A DNA stretch of 64,000 nucleotides from the human T2T-CHM13v2.0 reference genome, Homo sapiens, in assembly GCF_009914755.1 (NCBI RefSeq), contig NC_060935.1; one strand, 5' to 3'. Positions within the stretch are counted from its first letter, which is position 1; each line of letters begins with the position of its first letter. The position numbers and the translations under genes are program-made. A model generated the notes under the pieces. It ran no database searches and was not told the origin of the DNA. It saw only the letters and a program-made list of their open reading frames with translations. Positions 42,401-55,199 of the stretch are shown piece after piece.

Positions 42401-44660
42401 TCCTGGACCCGTGAATCCTGGCTATGGGAAAAACAGTACCACTGCCACACTTCTTTAGCCATAAAGCAAGTTCCTTAGTCAGAGGCAATGCTGTGTGGAA
42501 TATCATGATGGATAAGGCATTTCGTGAGTCCATGGATGGTAGTCTTGGCAGAAGCACTGCATGCAGGATAGGCAAACCCACATTCAGAGTAAATGTTTAT
42601 TCCAGTGAGGACAAACCTCTGCCATTTCCATGACAGAAGAGTTCTAATATAATCAACCTGCCACCAGGTAGCTGACTGATGCCCCAAGAAATGGTGCCAT
42701 ACCGAAGGCTCAGTATTGGTCTCTGCTGCTGAAATTGGGCACTCAGCAGTGGCTGTAGCCAGGTCAGCCTTGATAGGTGGAAGTCCATGTTGCTGAGCCC
42801 ATGTGTAACCTCCATCTCTGCCACCATGGCCTCTTTGTTCATGGGCCCATTGGGTGATAACAGGGGTGGCTCAGGAAACAGGCTGAGTGGTATCCACAGA
42901 ATGGGTCACCCTATCCACTTGATTATTAAAATCCTCCTCTGTTGAGGTCACCCGTTGGTGAACACTCACATGGGATACAAATATCTTCACAGTTTTTGAC
43001 CTCTCAGAAAGGTCTATCTGCATACCTCTTCCCCAAATTTCTTTATCACCAATTTTCCAATCATGCTTCTTCCAAGTCCCTAACCATCCAGCCAAACCAT
43101 TGGCTACAGCCCATGAATCAGTATATAATCACATATCTGGCCATTTCTCCTTCCATGCAAAGTGCACAACCAGGTGCACTGCTCAAAGTTCTGTCCACTG
43201 GGAAGATTTCCCTTCACCACTGTCCTTCAGGGATGTCCTAGAAAGGGGCTATAGTTCTGCAGCTGTCCACTTTGGGTGGTGCCTGAATATTGTGCAGAAC
43301 TATCTGTGAACCAGGCAGTATTCTCTTCCTCTGTCAGCTGATCATAGGGAACTCCCCATGAGGCCATTTGTGCAGGCTGGGGGAGAAGGCAGGGTGGCAG
43401 GAGTGGGGACCATGAGCATTTGAGCCACTTCCTCATGTAACTTACTTGTGCCTTCAGGACCTGCTCAAGCCTGATCACATATACACCACTTCCATTTGAT
43501 GATGGAATGCTGCTGTGCACAACCCACTTTATGGCTAGAGGGGTCAGAAAGCACCCAGTTTGTGATAGGCAGTTCAGGTCCCATGGTGACTTGATGACCC
43601 ATAGTCAAATGTTCAGTTTCCACCAAAGCCCAGTAACAGGCCAAGAACTGTCTCTCAAAAGAAGAGTAGTTATCTGCAGAATATGGCAGGGCCTTGCTCT
43701 AAAATCCTAGAGGCCTCCACTGTGATTCACCTATGGGGGCCTGACAAAGGCTCCAAACAGCATCATATCTGCCACTGACACCTCAAGCACCATTGGATCT
43801 GCTGGGTCATATGGCCCAAGTGGCAGAGCAGCTTGCACAGCAGCCTGGACCTGTTGCAGAGCCTTCTCCTTTTCTGGACCACATTCAAAACTGGCAGCCT
43901 TTCGGGTCACTTAATAAATAGGCCAGAGTAACACACCCAAATGAGGAATGTGTTGCCCACAAAAATCCAAATAAGCCCACCAGGTGTTGTGCCTCTTTCT
44001 TTGTTGTAGGAGGGGGCAAATGTAACAACTTTTCCTTCTCCTTAGAAGGAATACCTCAACAGGCCACACACCACTGGACCCCTAGAAATTTTACTGAGGT
44101 AGAAGGTCCCCAAATTTTAATCAGATTTATTTCCCATCGTCTGGCATGCAAATGTCTCACCAATAAGGCCAGTGTGTTTGCTACTTCTTACTCACTGGAT
44201 CCAATTAGTATAATATCATCAATGTAATGGACCAGTGTGATATTCTGTGGTAGTGAAAAGAGATCAAGTTCTCTCCAAATAAAAGTATGACACAAAGCCA
44301 AAGAGTTAATATAGCCCTGAGGTAGGACAGCAAAGGTATATTGATGGCTTTGCCAGCTGAAGGCAAATGGCTTCTGGTGGGCCTTAAGGACAGGAATGGA
44401 GAAAAAGGCATTTGTCAAGTCAATGGCTGCATCCCAGGTACCAGGAGTCGTGTTAATTTGCTCAAGCAATGAAACCACATCTGGTACAGCAGCTGCAATT
44501 GGAGTCACCACTTGGTTAAGCTTATGATAACCCACTGTCATTCTCCAAGATCCATCTGTCTTTGGCCAGGCCAAATGGGAGAGTTGAATGGGGATGTGGT
44601 GGGAATCACCACCCCTGCATCTTTCAAGTTCTTGATGGTGGCACTAATATCCACAATCCC
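42400..44660 (-). pseudogene. HERV-L pol remnant (RT, RNase H, integrase)
   Basis: [36 protein letters not shown] (RT); AWFTDSS and FVSHVSVH (RNase H); WQVDYI (integrase); many stops and frameshifts. Confidence 0.93.
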
Positions 44661-45060
44661 TCCAGGGATGTGAAATTGTTTTTTATTTACTATTTTTCTA
44701 GGTAGAGGCAGCTCTAACGGTTTCCATTTGGCCTTTTTCACCATAATAGCCCTCACCCTACCAGTTAGGGAGCCAATGTCGGGGTTCTGCCAGCTGCTAA
44801 GTACGTCTATGCCAATTATGCATTCTGGCACTGGGGAAATGACCACAGGATGAGTCCAGGGACCCACTGGACCCACTGTAAGTTGGACCTGAGCTAAAAC
44901 ACCATTAATTACCTGACCTCCATAAACCCGTACTTTAACTGGGGGACAGCAATGACGTTTTGGGTACCCTGGAATCAATGTCAGCTCAGAGCCAGTGTCC
45001 AGTAGTCCCTGAAATGTCTGATCATTTGCCTTTCCCAATGCACAGTTACCCTGGTAAAAG
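44660..45060 (-). pseudogene. HERV-L aspartic protease remnant
   Basis: [13 protein letters not shown] active-site motif and CIIGIDVL in ORF 44538-45161. Confidence 0.92.
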
Positions 45061-45099
45061 GCCAGAGGTCTCCTTGGGGAAGGATGGGAGAAAAATTCA

Positions 45100-46860
45100 C
45101 TGCCTAAATTGTTGGTAATGTAGAGGGGTCCTTCCTCAAGGGGACCCACCCTCCCCTTCATTCAAGAGGTTCTGGGTCTATAAACTGGCTTAAGTCTGAT
45201 AACTGATTGAGGGGCTGTGATTCTCTGTTTTATAATTCAAACTAGTCTTTTGTCCATTCGACCTAGAAGTTTTCTGCTTGTAGAAATTACGTAGGAATGC
45301 AGTAGGCTTCCTATAAATTTCACTTCTAGGACCACCATGATTAATTAGTCAATGCCAGAGCTCTACATGAGTCAGACTATTCTGATTGCCACTTTGCCTC
45401 TGCTGTCCATTATGGTAGCTATGCCCACCTTGTCTTTGATGGTTGAGTGCCACCACTTGGCCCCTGCTACCTCGGGATCCAATTATTCCTATTATATTTA
45501 AATTTTGTAGTTGAGTGACTGTGGTTCCCACAGTTAGATCTGACACAGAGAGAAGAGCAATTATAGGGCTCTTCAAAGATGCAGGTGCTGCCCTCACAAA
45601 ACTATTTCACAAGGCATTTGTCAAGGGTATATCTTCTGGACCCTCCCAGCTGGGCCAAGTAGATCTAAAGTGACTAATCCACTATACCATCCCAATCTCC
45701 CTAAACCTTTGGATCCCTTCCTCAACATTAACCCAAGGGAGATCAGGCATTTCCAGCTTCCTCACAGTGGGCCATCTTTTAATCCATATTTCAGCTAACC
45801 AAGCAAATAAACTATTAGAACCGTTTTTAACTCCCCAAGCTCCAACCTTAAATGCAGAGTCCCTACTTAGTGGGTCCAAATCAATAAATTCAGCCTGATC
45901 CAACTCTATGTTCCTTCAGCCATTGTACCACACCCTTAATACCCATTCCCATGTCTGTCCTCCAGATTTCTGCTTATATAAATCAGAAAACTCAAGCAGT
46001 TCTTTCTGAGTGTAGCACACCTCCTATTGGGTCACACTCTCAACCTCACCTCTATGGGCACACCAGGACTTTAGTTATAGGCCTAGAAGCAAACAGGGGT
46101 GTTGGGGGCAGCTCCTAAGGAGAATCAATATTATCTTGCCAGGCAACTGCCAAAGGGGAGTCCATCACTGTTGCCTCATGCAGTGCAGGGTTTAACTCCT
46201 CAGACAAAGGTGGAAAGGCTGATGGCAGCATGGGTCAGGGAGGGGATGTTGCCACTACTGGGGATGGGGAAGCTGTTTCTTCTGGCAAAAAGGTTCACCA
46301 GAGTTTACAAACTCTGTGTCCCCAGCTTCACCAGGGTCCTCCCACACATCCTCATTCTGAGTTGCAGGGTCCCATTCTTTTCCAATCAATGCCCTCACTT
46401 TAACAGTAGACACCTGGCGAGACTGTACATGCACGTTTTATTGCAGGTCAGCCACTCGCATGATAAGAGCTTATGTCTGTTTTTCCACAATTTCAGCTCT
46501 TTCTCTGCAGGAGATAACACTCTCACTCAGGGCAATCTTAACAGATTTGAAGCTCAGTATCTGCTTCCGAAACCACAAGATGGAATCCCTGAGTTCATCA
46601 TTTGTTTCATCACTTTGTCCACTGAACTTAGGAGCAATCAACCAGCTTCATTATGTTCCTTGGTTCTCCACATACGGTAAAATGTATTATGTATAGAGTC
46701 ACTAACCTCCTGGCCTTTCACGAGCAATGAATCAGGAGCGTCAAATGCATTTATTTTGCATAACTTTCTAAACAGTTCATGCCAAGGACTATCAGTTCTC
46801 CATACTATTAGAAGTAGAGTCCTTAGCATTTTTGGTTCTAATCATATTAAACAGCTAACT
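45100..46860 (-). pseudogene. HERV-L gag remnant
   Basis: DSPWHELFRKLCKINAFD; DQAEFIDL..WLAEIWIKRWPT..EEGIQRFREIG; RAAPASLKSP; fragmented. Confidence 0.88.
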
Positions 46861-46937
46861 CCAGAAACCCCAAAACCAACAAAAGAATTTCATGCTTAAT
46901 ATTCTATTTCTCTAGAACCACTCCTGGAACCAAAACC

Positions 46938-47381
46938 TGTATTAGTCAGGGTTCTCTAGAAGGATAGAACTAATGAAATAGATAGATAGCTATAAAGGGG
47001 AGTTGATTAAGTATTAACTCACACAGTCACAATGTCCCACAATAGGCCGTCTGCAGGCTAAGGAGCAAGGAGAGCTGGTCCGAGTTCCAAAACTGAAGAA
47101 CTTGGAGTCCAATGTTTGAGGGCAGGAAGCATCCAGCACAAGAGAAAGATGTAGGCTGGGAGACTAGATCAATCTCTCTTTTTACATTTTCTGCCTGCTT
47201 ATATTCTAGCCTCACTGGCAACTGGTTAGATTGTGCCCACCAGATTATGGGTGGGTTTGCCTTTTCCAGCCCACTGACTCAAATGTTAACCTCCTTTAGC
47301 AACACCCTCACAGACACACCCAGGATCAATACTTTGTATCCTTCAATCCAATCAAGTTGACACTCAGTATTAACCATCACA
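46938..47381 (-). mobile_element. 5' LTR (MLT2A1-type)
   Basis: tgtattagtcagggttctctaga..cagtattaaccatcaca, 444 bp. Confidence 0.95.
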
Positions 47382-47386
47382 CCAGC

Positions 47387-48620
47387 CTATGAATTTCAGA
47401 TTCATTCATTCACCTGCCTGCTATACATGGCCATTGGAAGTCCCAGAAACATCTCAAAATAAACATAAGCTAAATTGAATATTACAGAAATTATTAGCTT
47501 CCCTACTTATTCCAATCCTGAATGGTTCCTTCTTCTAGATTTCCAGTTACTGTTAATGGCACTTCTACCATGATATGGTTTGGCTGTGTCCCCACCCAAA
47601 TCTCATCTTGAATTCCCATGTGTTGTGGGATGGACCTGGTGGGAAGTAATTGAATCATGGGGGCAGGTCTTTCCCATGCTGTTCTTGTAATAGTGAATAA
47701 GTCTCATGAGATCTGATGGTTTCATAAGGGTGAGTTCCCCTGCACAAGCTCTCTCTTTGCCTGCCACCATCCATGTAAAATGTGACTTGCTCCTCCTTGC
47801 CTTTCACCATGATTGTGAGGCCTCCCCAGCCATGTGGAACTGTAATTAACCTCTTTCCATTAAACCTCTTTCTTTTGTAAATTACCCAGTCCTGGATATG
47901 TCTTTATCAGCAACATGAAAATGAACTAATACATAACATTTATCTAAGTCACCAACCCAAAAAACTCAGAGTGATTTTAGACACCCACCCCAACACATAT
48001 TTCATCAATTGCCAAGTTCTGCTAATTTAATATATTCTATATGTTCTTAAATCTGAATTCCCAAAACTTACACTGGTTTGGATGCTCAATTCTTTCTTGA
48101 ACTACAAAAGCAATCTTCTAGAAGGTCACGTTACTACTAATTTTTGGTCCCTTACATCCACTCTCTACAATGTCACCTATCTAAAGTGCACATCTGACCT
48201 CCCTTGCTTTAAACCCTTCAGCAACTCCCTATTGCCCACAGGGTCAAATACAAGTTCTTTAGCACAGTGCACAGGCCCTTCAATACCTGCTACCCACCCA
48301 CTCTTAAACCTTACCTGTCTACCACACTTTTTAAGTTCTAGTCATCAGGCCACTTCCCTTCACACTCTATGATTCTTCAAATCTCTGTGACTTTATAAAT
48401 GTTATTTTTTTTTGCCCAGAATACCTTTCTGTCTTCTTTCTCATAATTATTTCCATCCATCGTGATTCAGCTCATGTCTTTTCCTTCTAGAAGTTTCTCC
48501 TGGACCTCCAGTTTCTGCTAAGTGCCCCTTCCCACCCTGTAATTCTATAACACCTGCATCTCTATCTTTTAGTAAGTGCACAATATTATACTAAAATAAC
48601 CTATGTACATTTCTGACATT
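47387..48620 (+). mobile_element. L2 LINE (continuing from about 40620-40725), interrupted by HERV-L and THE1
   Basis: gctgataactctcaaatctg before the provirus; catctcaaaataaacat..gtcacc..aaacccttcagcaactccc after it. Confidence 0.7.
47571..47933 (+). mobile_element. THE1 (B-like) MaLR solo LTR
   Basis: tgatatggtttggctgtgtccccacccaaatctc..actaataca; near-TSD tacca/taaca. Confidence 0.93.
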
Positions 48621-50209
48621 TTAGGGTAGTCAATCAGGAACAACCCTCAGTCTGCCATCCAACTTAGAAACAAATTGAAAAAATAAAGGAGCTAGGCAGA
48701 TGGAGATAAAAACATCACCTTTATTACTGATAAAATTAATATTGGAGAATGTAGCAAAGACCTGTAGCCAAAATGGCTATGAGTTAGACATACCATGCAC
48801 CATCCCTGCTGGTTCTGAACTTCCAAAAATCTCCCCCAACCCTGACCCTGAATATTCACATGGAGGAGTCAAAAAGAATGTATACTTTCTTCAGGTAAGT
48901 ATACCCCAAATAAAAGAAGAAAGGAGGTCACTGAGCCACTTAGGCTCTGTTCTTTCTCAAAGAGAAGGCAGCCCTCCTTACCCAGAAGGAGTGAGAGGAA
49001 GGGATGGGGCCAGAAATCATGAGTGCTGCTCTAGTGGGATGCCTCCATGTGGAAGCATGAAGCCAAGGAAAATGAGGTTTATGCCAAATCTCTTTCTCTC
49101 TCACTGGATGGTAAACTCCTTGGAGGCAAGAACCATGTCTTATTACTCTTGGAATTTACAAAGCTGACCTCTGACTATTCACTAATTTAAACATTTCCTC
49201 AGTCCTAATCATTAAAATCAATTTTGGGTGATAGTGACTGAAGGCAACACAGGAAGAAATCAAGGTAAAAGCAAAAAATATAATAGTATCTAGCCTGTAT
49301 TGGTGATAATTTTTTCAATGTCTACAAATGTAATCAGATGAGAAGGAAATGGGAAAATACAATCACAAACAAAAAACTATTACACTGCCATTATAGAATT
49401 ATAGGTGATATTTTTAATAAATAATCTTATTTTGCATAATTTTTGGGGGGGAAAATGTTTTAATACATAAGACAGTATAGTAGATATTGTTTTTTCTACT
49501 CAGAAAAGCGCCCACTGTCTCTTCTGAAACTATTTCTTCCCCTCTCCAACCATGTGATTCTGGTAGGAGCTTCCAGACACAGTACTTTACTTCTTGGGCA
49601 CGGGCATGGGCACTTGACCACAGTCAGACCAAAGGGTCCTGGCTAATGTAGGCAGGTGGCAGGAAGAGAACTCCCATTGGAATCCCCTATTACAGCAAGG
49701 TCTGGTGTGCCTTGTGCCTGGTAGGAAACCTACATCTACTTTCATATCAAAATTTAGTGTAGTTGAAGACAAACTTTTCTCCAGAAAAATAAAGAAATCA
49801 AAGTATCTGGACGAAGCAGTACCTCTCTCATATTCCTCTTCCTTCTCATTTTCCCGCCAGTGCTTATGAGAATAGCGGCTTAGGCCCTGTGGATTTGTGG
49901 CATCTCCTTGTTAAACATCCTGCAGAAAGCTCTGTTAAACCACTACCACCAGACCCTACTGCCTCCTTCCAAATATCTCTGGGAGTCCCAGCAGGGGTAT
50001 CTCCATGCTCAGGAGAAACTCTAGCCAACCAGCAAATGTCCTCTCTCACTTACCCCTCTCCCTATGGTGTCACCCTCTGGCTCAGTCCCCAGACAATCAG
50101 AAAGGTCACTGTTCCTAATGGCTCTTCTGCATGGTGTGCAAGGGAATGGTTGTCCTGGCTTAGAGGAACAACTCTGTCAAAGCTCCCTGAGGAATTTGAA
50201 TAACGTGGC

Positions 50210-50593
50210 TGTATTAGTCCTTTCTCACGTTGCCATAAAGAACTACCTGAAACTGGGTGATTTATAAAGAAAAGAGGTTTAATTGACTCATAGTTCCACA
50301 GGCTGTAGAGGAAGCATAACTGGGGAGGCCTCAGGAAATTTACAATCATGGTGGAAGGCAAAGGGAAAGCAGGCATGTCTTATATGGCTGGAGAAGGAGG
50401 AAGAGAGAGCACAGGGAGGAGCTACACACTTTTAAGCAACCAGATCTTGTGAGAACTCACTCACTATCACAAGTACAGCAAGGGGGGAATCTGCCTCCAT
50501 GATCCAATCACCTCCCACCAGGCCCCTCTTCCAACATTGGGAATTACAGTCCGACATGAGATTTGGGTGGGAACACAAATCCAAATCATACCA
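50210..50593 (-). mobile_element. MSTA solo LTR
   Basis: tgtattagtcc..atcatacca; perfect TSD GTGGC. Confidence 0.93.
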
Positions 50594-50786
50594 GTGGCCA
50601 CAGCAGCACACCTTCTTGGGTTGCGGAGGGCCCAGCCCTGTTCTTGCCCCATAGCTGGAGAGCTCAGCTCCTCCAGGTCATAGCCAAATGATGGTTGTTT
50701 ATGCCCAGTTAGAAATGTGAAAAATGTTTTGCTGGGTGAAGCGCATATATCTTTCTAGGTAACAATGCAGAACGTGCATTAACATT

Positions 50787-51102
<316 letters not shown>

Positions 51103-52827
51103 GAACGTGAATTAACATGAATTGCCTCCATTTGATTATTTTCCTGCATTTGTTGCTTTAAAAGTGGAGTGAAATAAATTGAAAGTTCATACTCTAAATT
51201 GTGCTATTTAGTGAAACTGACCATTATCATCTTGGCCATGGTGCTTCTATTGTGGACTGTACAAAAGCCTGCAAAGTGAAAGATTGGAGAGCCATCCCCA
51301 GACAGCAGTGTGAAGTAGTTCTTGTGCTCTTTGGAACAAGGGAATCCTAACTGAGCACTTTCTCTCTTGTTTTTTCAGTGGCCTTTTCATCAAGGCACCC
51401 AGGGCTCCATGTTCCTGGGCATCTCTGGTTAAACTGAATGAACTTGGCTCATAATCTTTATTCATAATAAGATATAATTGCAAATTAGCCCCTCTCTACA
51501 ATATGTAAATGTTTAAAGAAAGTTTTCTGTTAAAGCAAGTCATTATATGCACAATTATGCTACCAAGCAGGAAGTTCACAGTGCTCTGAGAGTATAAAAC
51601 AGGACCCAATCTTGTCTGAAGTATCTGAGAGAGAGCCTCCCTGTGATTGTCACATTGAGTTGATAGGATATAGTGAGACCAAGATGGGAAAGAAAAACAT
51701 TCCAGAGCAGAGTAATAATAATATGTGGGAAGAAAAAAGTTAACTTTGTGTGAGCGTGTGTGCGTGTGTGTGTGTGTGGTGCATTTGAGTTGTTAAAGGA
51801 AATTTTATATGGTAAGATTCTTAAGAGAAAGGAAGACTGATGCGAGAGAAGCTCATACATGTAGGCAAGAGAATATTCGATTTGGAAAATGTTTTGGTTT
51901 ATAGCTACTCAGGCTATGCAGGCTGGTTCTGTACTCAATTCAATATGTTTGAGGGATTATGGAGGTTTTTGCTCTGGGAAAGGTCCCCATTCATTCATTG
52001 GAATCATGATCCCTCTGGCAGATATCAGGTCTCTTTTCCACCTCTTTCATGTAATCAACAATTCATCTCCAGAATGGTTCTTCTGTATGTCTCTGCACTC
52101 ATTGGTTTCTATGCTTTAATAGCCTGAAACAACTTCAAATTGAATTGCCTTTTGAAGCTACCAAGGATTCCCAATTCAGAAGCAGACAATGCAGCATCAG
52201 AATGTGTGTCCTCCTGGATCAGATTTTTCCAATGGGATTAAACAGGAGATATCTCTTGGGTTTTGCTGGCATACAAATAAGCCAAGAATATAATAAAACT
52301 CCAACATTATTACTGCATCCTACTCCCTGAAAATTAGCAATAAGCCCCTGCCTATAATGTTTCCCTTGGACGTCTATGAATAATTTCTAATTATATGAAA
52401 GGTATTCTGTTTTCCCCAGGACTGGCCTACATAAAGCACTCTTGAAAAACTCTCTTCAGGCCTCCAGAGTTGTGGTATTGCTAAAGTCCTGCCCTTCATG
52501 ATTAGATAGGAAGTTTACTCTTTCCATGTGCAGAAGTCAACACTCTCCCTAGGATGGAGAGACTGAATGACTTGGCCAAAGTTGTAAAAGTAATCCATGA
52601 CCGAGGCAGACAAAGAACTCTGATTTTCTCCTTTGTACACAATCCTTAAAGCCAAAAGCCTAATCCCTGTGTTAGTTGTTTAGCATAGTGGGATCATAAG
52701 TAATTGTTATTGTTTTCAACACTTTTCAGACATTTTTAACAAGAAATAATTATTACTTGTATAGACCAATAGAAGGCTGTAGTTTAAAATATTGAATCTG
52801 GAAGACTATACAGTCCTCTGCTGGGTA

Positions 52828-52920
52828 TTTTTTTTTATTATTATACTTTAAGTTTTAGGGTACATGTGCGCAACTTGCAGGTTTGTTACATATGTACACA
52901 TGTGCCATGTTGGTGTGCTG
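52828..52920 (-). mobile_element. About 90-bp L1PA 3' stub with TSD
   Basis: ttattatactttaagttttagggtacatgtgc..; TSD tgctgggtattttt at 52819-52832 and 52916-52929. Confidence 0.93.
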
Positions 52921-52984
52921 GGTATTTTTACATCTGGGTATGAAGCTGATTCTATCTCTACCTTCCTTTGATAACAATAATTAG

Positions 52985-53150
52985 CTTGAATAAGATACTG
53001 TGAAATAACTATTATTACTCTTATAATACAGATTATTAAACTGAGGCTTAGAGGGGATAAATAACTTGCCCAAGGTCACTTGTTAGTAGCAGATAAGGAG
53101 TCAAACCTATGTACTTCTGACTTCAAAATCTGTGCTTTTACTATTAAGCT
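52985..53150 (-). mobile_element. MIR
   Basis: aaactgaggcttagaggggataaataacttgcccaaggtcac. Confidence 0.8.
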
Positions 53151-53224
53151 ATACTATCAGATCATCAGTTTGCTATGTTCAAAGATCATAATTGAATCAG
53201 CAAAGCTGAAGGCCAACCCTGGAT

Positions 53225-53625
53225 TCCATACATAGTCCCTATAATTCTTTAAGCTGCAAATAATTCAAACTAGCTCAAACAAGAAGAAAGTGTATTGACT
53301 CACCTAATCAAAAGACCAAAAATAGGATGAGCTTTAGACCCTGTATAATTGAGACTCTAACTTGATTTCTGGTCTTTCTCTTTGTTTGGCCTTTGTTCGG
53401 GTGTTAATTTTTGTCTTTATGCTGGCTTCTTTCAAGGTCTTAAGGCAAGTGCCAGAGCAATGTTGCCTCTTCCCATTCATCAGGAAAAGACCTAGTTTAT
53501 AGTGGCTCTCTTTTACAAGTGAGGACATTTCTCCCATAGAATCCACCTACAAGCCTCTTCTAGTATCTTATTGGCCCAAATTGTGTCAAGCTTCCCACTC
53601 TTGAGCCAATCATTGATGCCTGGAC
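53225..53625 (-). mobile_element. Old MLT1-like LTR
   Basis: tcttattggcccaaattgtgtca..cttgagccaatcattg. Confidence 0.55.
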
Positions 53626-53961
53626 TCAATTTTCCAAGCAACCTACTTGCAACTCATTAAGTGGGGTGTAGGGGAATCAACCATGGTGAACCTTATATCA
53701 TGCAATGGAATATTTTTTCTGAAGTTAAAAGTGATATTCTCTAAGAATATTACAATTTGGAGAATATTCTAACAATATAACATTAATTTCTTAAAAAAAG
53801 CAACATAAAAATAAAACCTTATATGCAGTAGGTTTACTTTTAGTGTGTTTTTATGTATGAGTGTTTACAAGAACACATAGAAAAGTTACAGAAAGGAATA
53901 TATTAAAATATTAACTGTGCTTATCTTTGAAGCAAAAGACAAAGGATCAAAAGGATTTTTT

Positions 53962-54243
53962 TCCCAGCACTTTTGGAGGCAGAGGCAGGAGGATTGATTG
54001 AGGCCAGGAGTTTGGGACTAGCCTGGGCAACATAGTGAGACCACATCTCTACAAAAAATTTAAAAATTAGCCAGGTGTGGTGGCTTGTGCCTGTAGTCCT
54101 AGCTAAGTTACTCAAGAGGCTGAGGCCAGAGGATCTCTTGAGCCCAGGAGTTCAAGGCTGCAGTGAGCCATGATTACGCCACACTGCTTCAACCTGAGCA
54201 ATTGAGTGAAACCCTGTCTCTAAAAAAACAAAAATAAATAAAA
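53962..54243 (+). mobile_element. AluJ, 5'-truncated, within an old L1ME fragment (about 53690-54300)
   Basis: AluJ-type ggaggattg..gagcccaggagttcaaggctgcagtgag. Confidence 0.9.
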
Positions 54244-54369
54244 ATTTTTTAAAAATTAAAGAGGATTAAAAAATACTTTTCTTCATTTTCTAAGTTTCCT
54301 ACAATGAAAATAAATTGCTCTTTGCGTATACACCATTGCTTCTTCCAAGCTCCCAAGAAATATCCCAGC

Positions 54370-55105
54370 AGCATAGAAAACGGTCTCTCAATGTGAGAGC
54401 ATTCACGCTGATAACAGAAGAGTGACCCTTTTCAACAAACTCTCCCTTATCCAGTTTTAATCTCACTACCCCCACCTCTGACATGCTCTTTCAGTTCTTA
54501 CCGGTAGGAATTCCCAGACTCTGCAGCTCCTTCGTTAGGTAATCTATCTTCAAAACTAGCAGGGTCATCCTTTCCCCAGTCAGCCCTTGTTGAAATGAAT
54601 CCCTAGGCTTGATATAGTGGCTAAGATGGGAGTCAGGGGCAGACCATCAAGAAGATGAGTAGTTTCTGGCACAGCATCAGCCTTAGTTGAGACCTGGTAC
54701 ATGAGGAGCAAGGGGAAGATTCCATCCTTCTGTGAAGGGCAGGAGACCCTTCATACAGGCCCAGAAGATTCAGAGGAACCAGAGTTTCTGGTTCTCAGGT
54801 CTATCTGTCCAGAAGACCCCAACCCTAGTCCCAAGATCTTCTTCCTACTACAGCCCTGACTTTGGTGTGGATAATTTTGTGAGGCTACAAATTTCAGCCC
54901 TCTATGAAGTTCTGCCAATTTTACAATTTTGTCTTGAGCCTGGTCCACTGCAGAGTGGGACCTGGGCACAGGAGATGAGGATCTCTAAAGCTGTAAGGGG
55001 GCCTCTGACTTGCATACTCTGCCTCGAGTTGGTAATTAACTGACCTAAGCTTATTGTTTCTCTCTCTCAGCAACAACCAACCAATTCCACACAGTTCAGA
55101 AAACA
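54370..55105 (-). mobile_element. Ancient ERVL-class internal fragment (gag-like)
   Basis: GIGWLLLRERNNKLRSVNYQL resembles the ERVL gag N-terminal GWLLL motif and coiled coil; no LTR seen. Confidence 0.55.
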
Positions 55106-55199
55106 GAAACAGGTATATAAAAATGTAGCGCATGGAATTTTAAATAATTGAAATTATTAGAAATTCAAGATGGAATTTCAAATAATTTGGAGAATTCTG

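Larger units (their letters stand above)
40731..47381 (-). mobile_element. Near full-length HERV-L provirus with MLT2A1-type LTRs
   Basis: Two LTRs, perfect 5-bp TSD CCAGC (40726-40730, 47382-47386), primer-binding-site-like ttttggttccaggagtgg after the 5' LTR, polypurine-tract-like gacaagggg before the 3' LTR, gag-pro-pol-dUTPase order, no env. Confidence 0.97.

Noticed and set aside
46099-46680. 193-aa plus-strand ORF
   Set aside because: Antisense shadow of HERV-L gag
41832-46860. Domesticated or intact retroviral gene
   Set aside because: Numerous stops and frameshifts, plus an apparent integrase core deletion
48700-49167. 155-aa ORF as a host gene
   Set aside because: No recognisable homology; runs through a strong splice donor and ends in L2-like sequence
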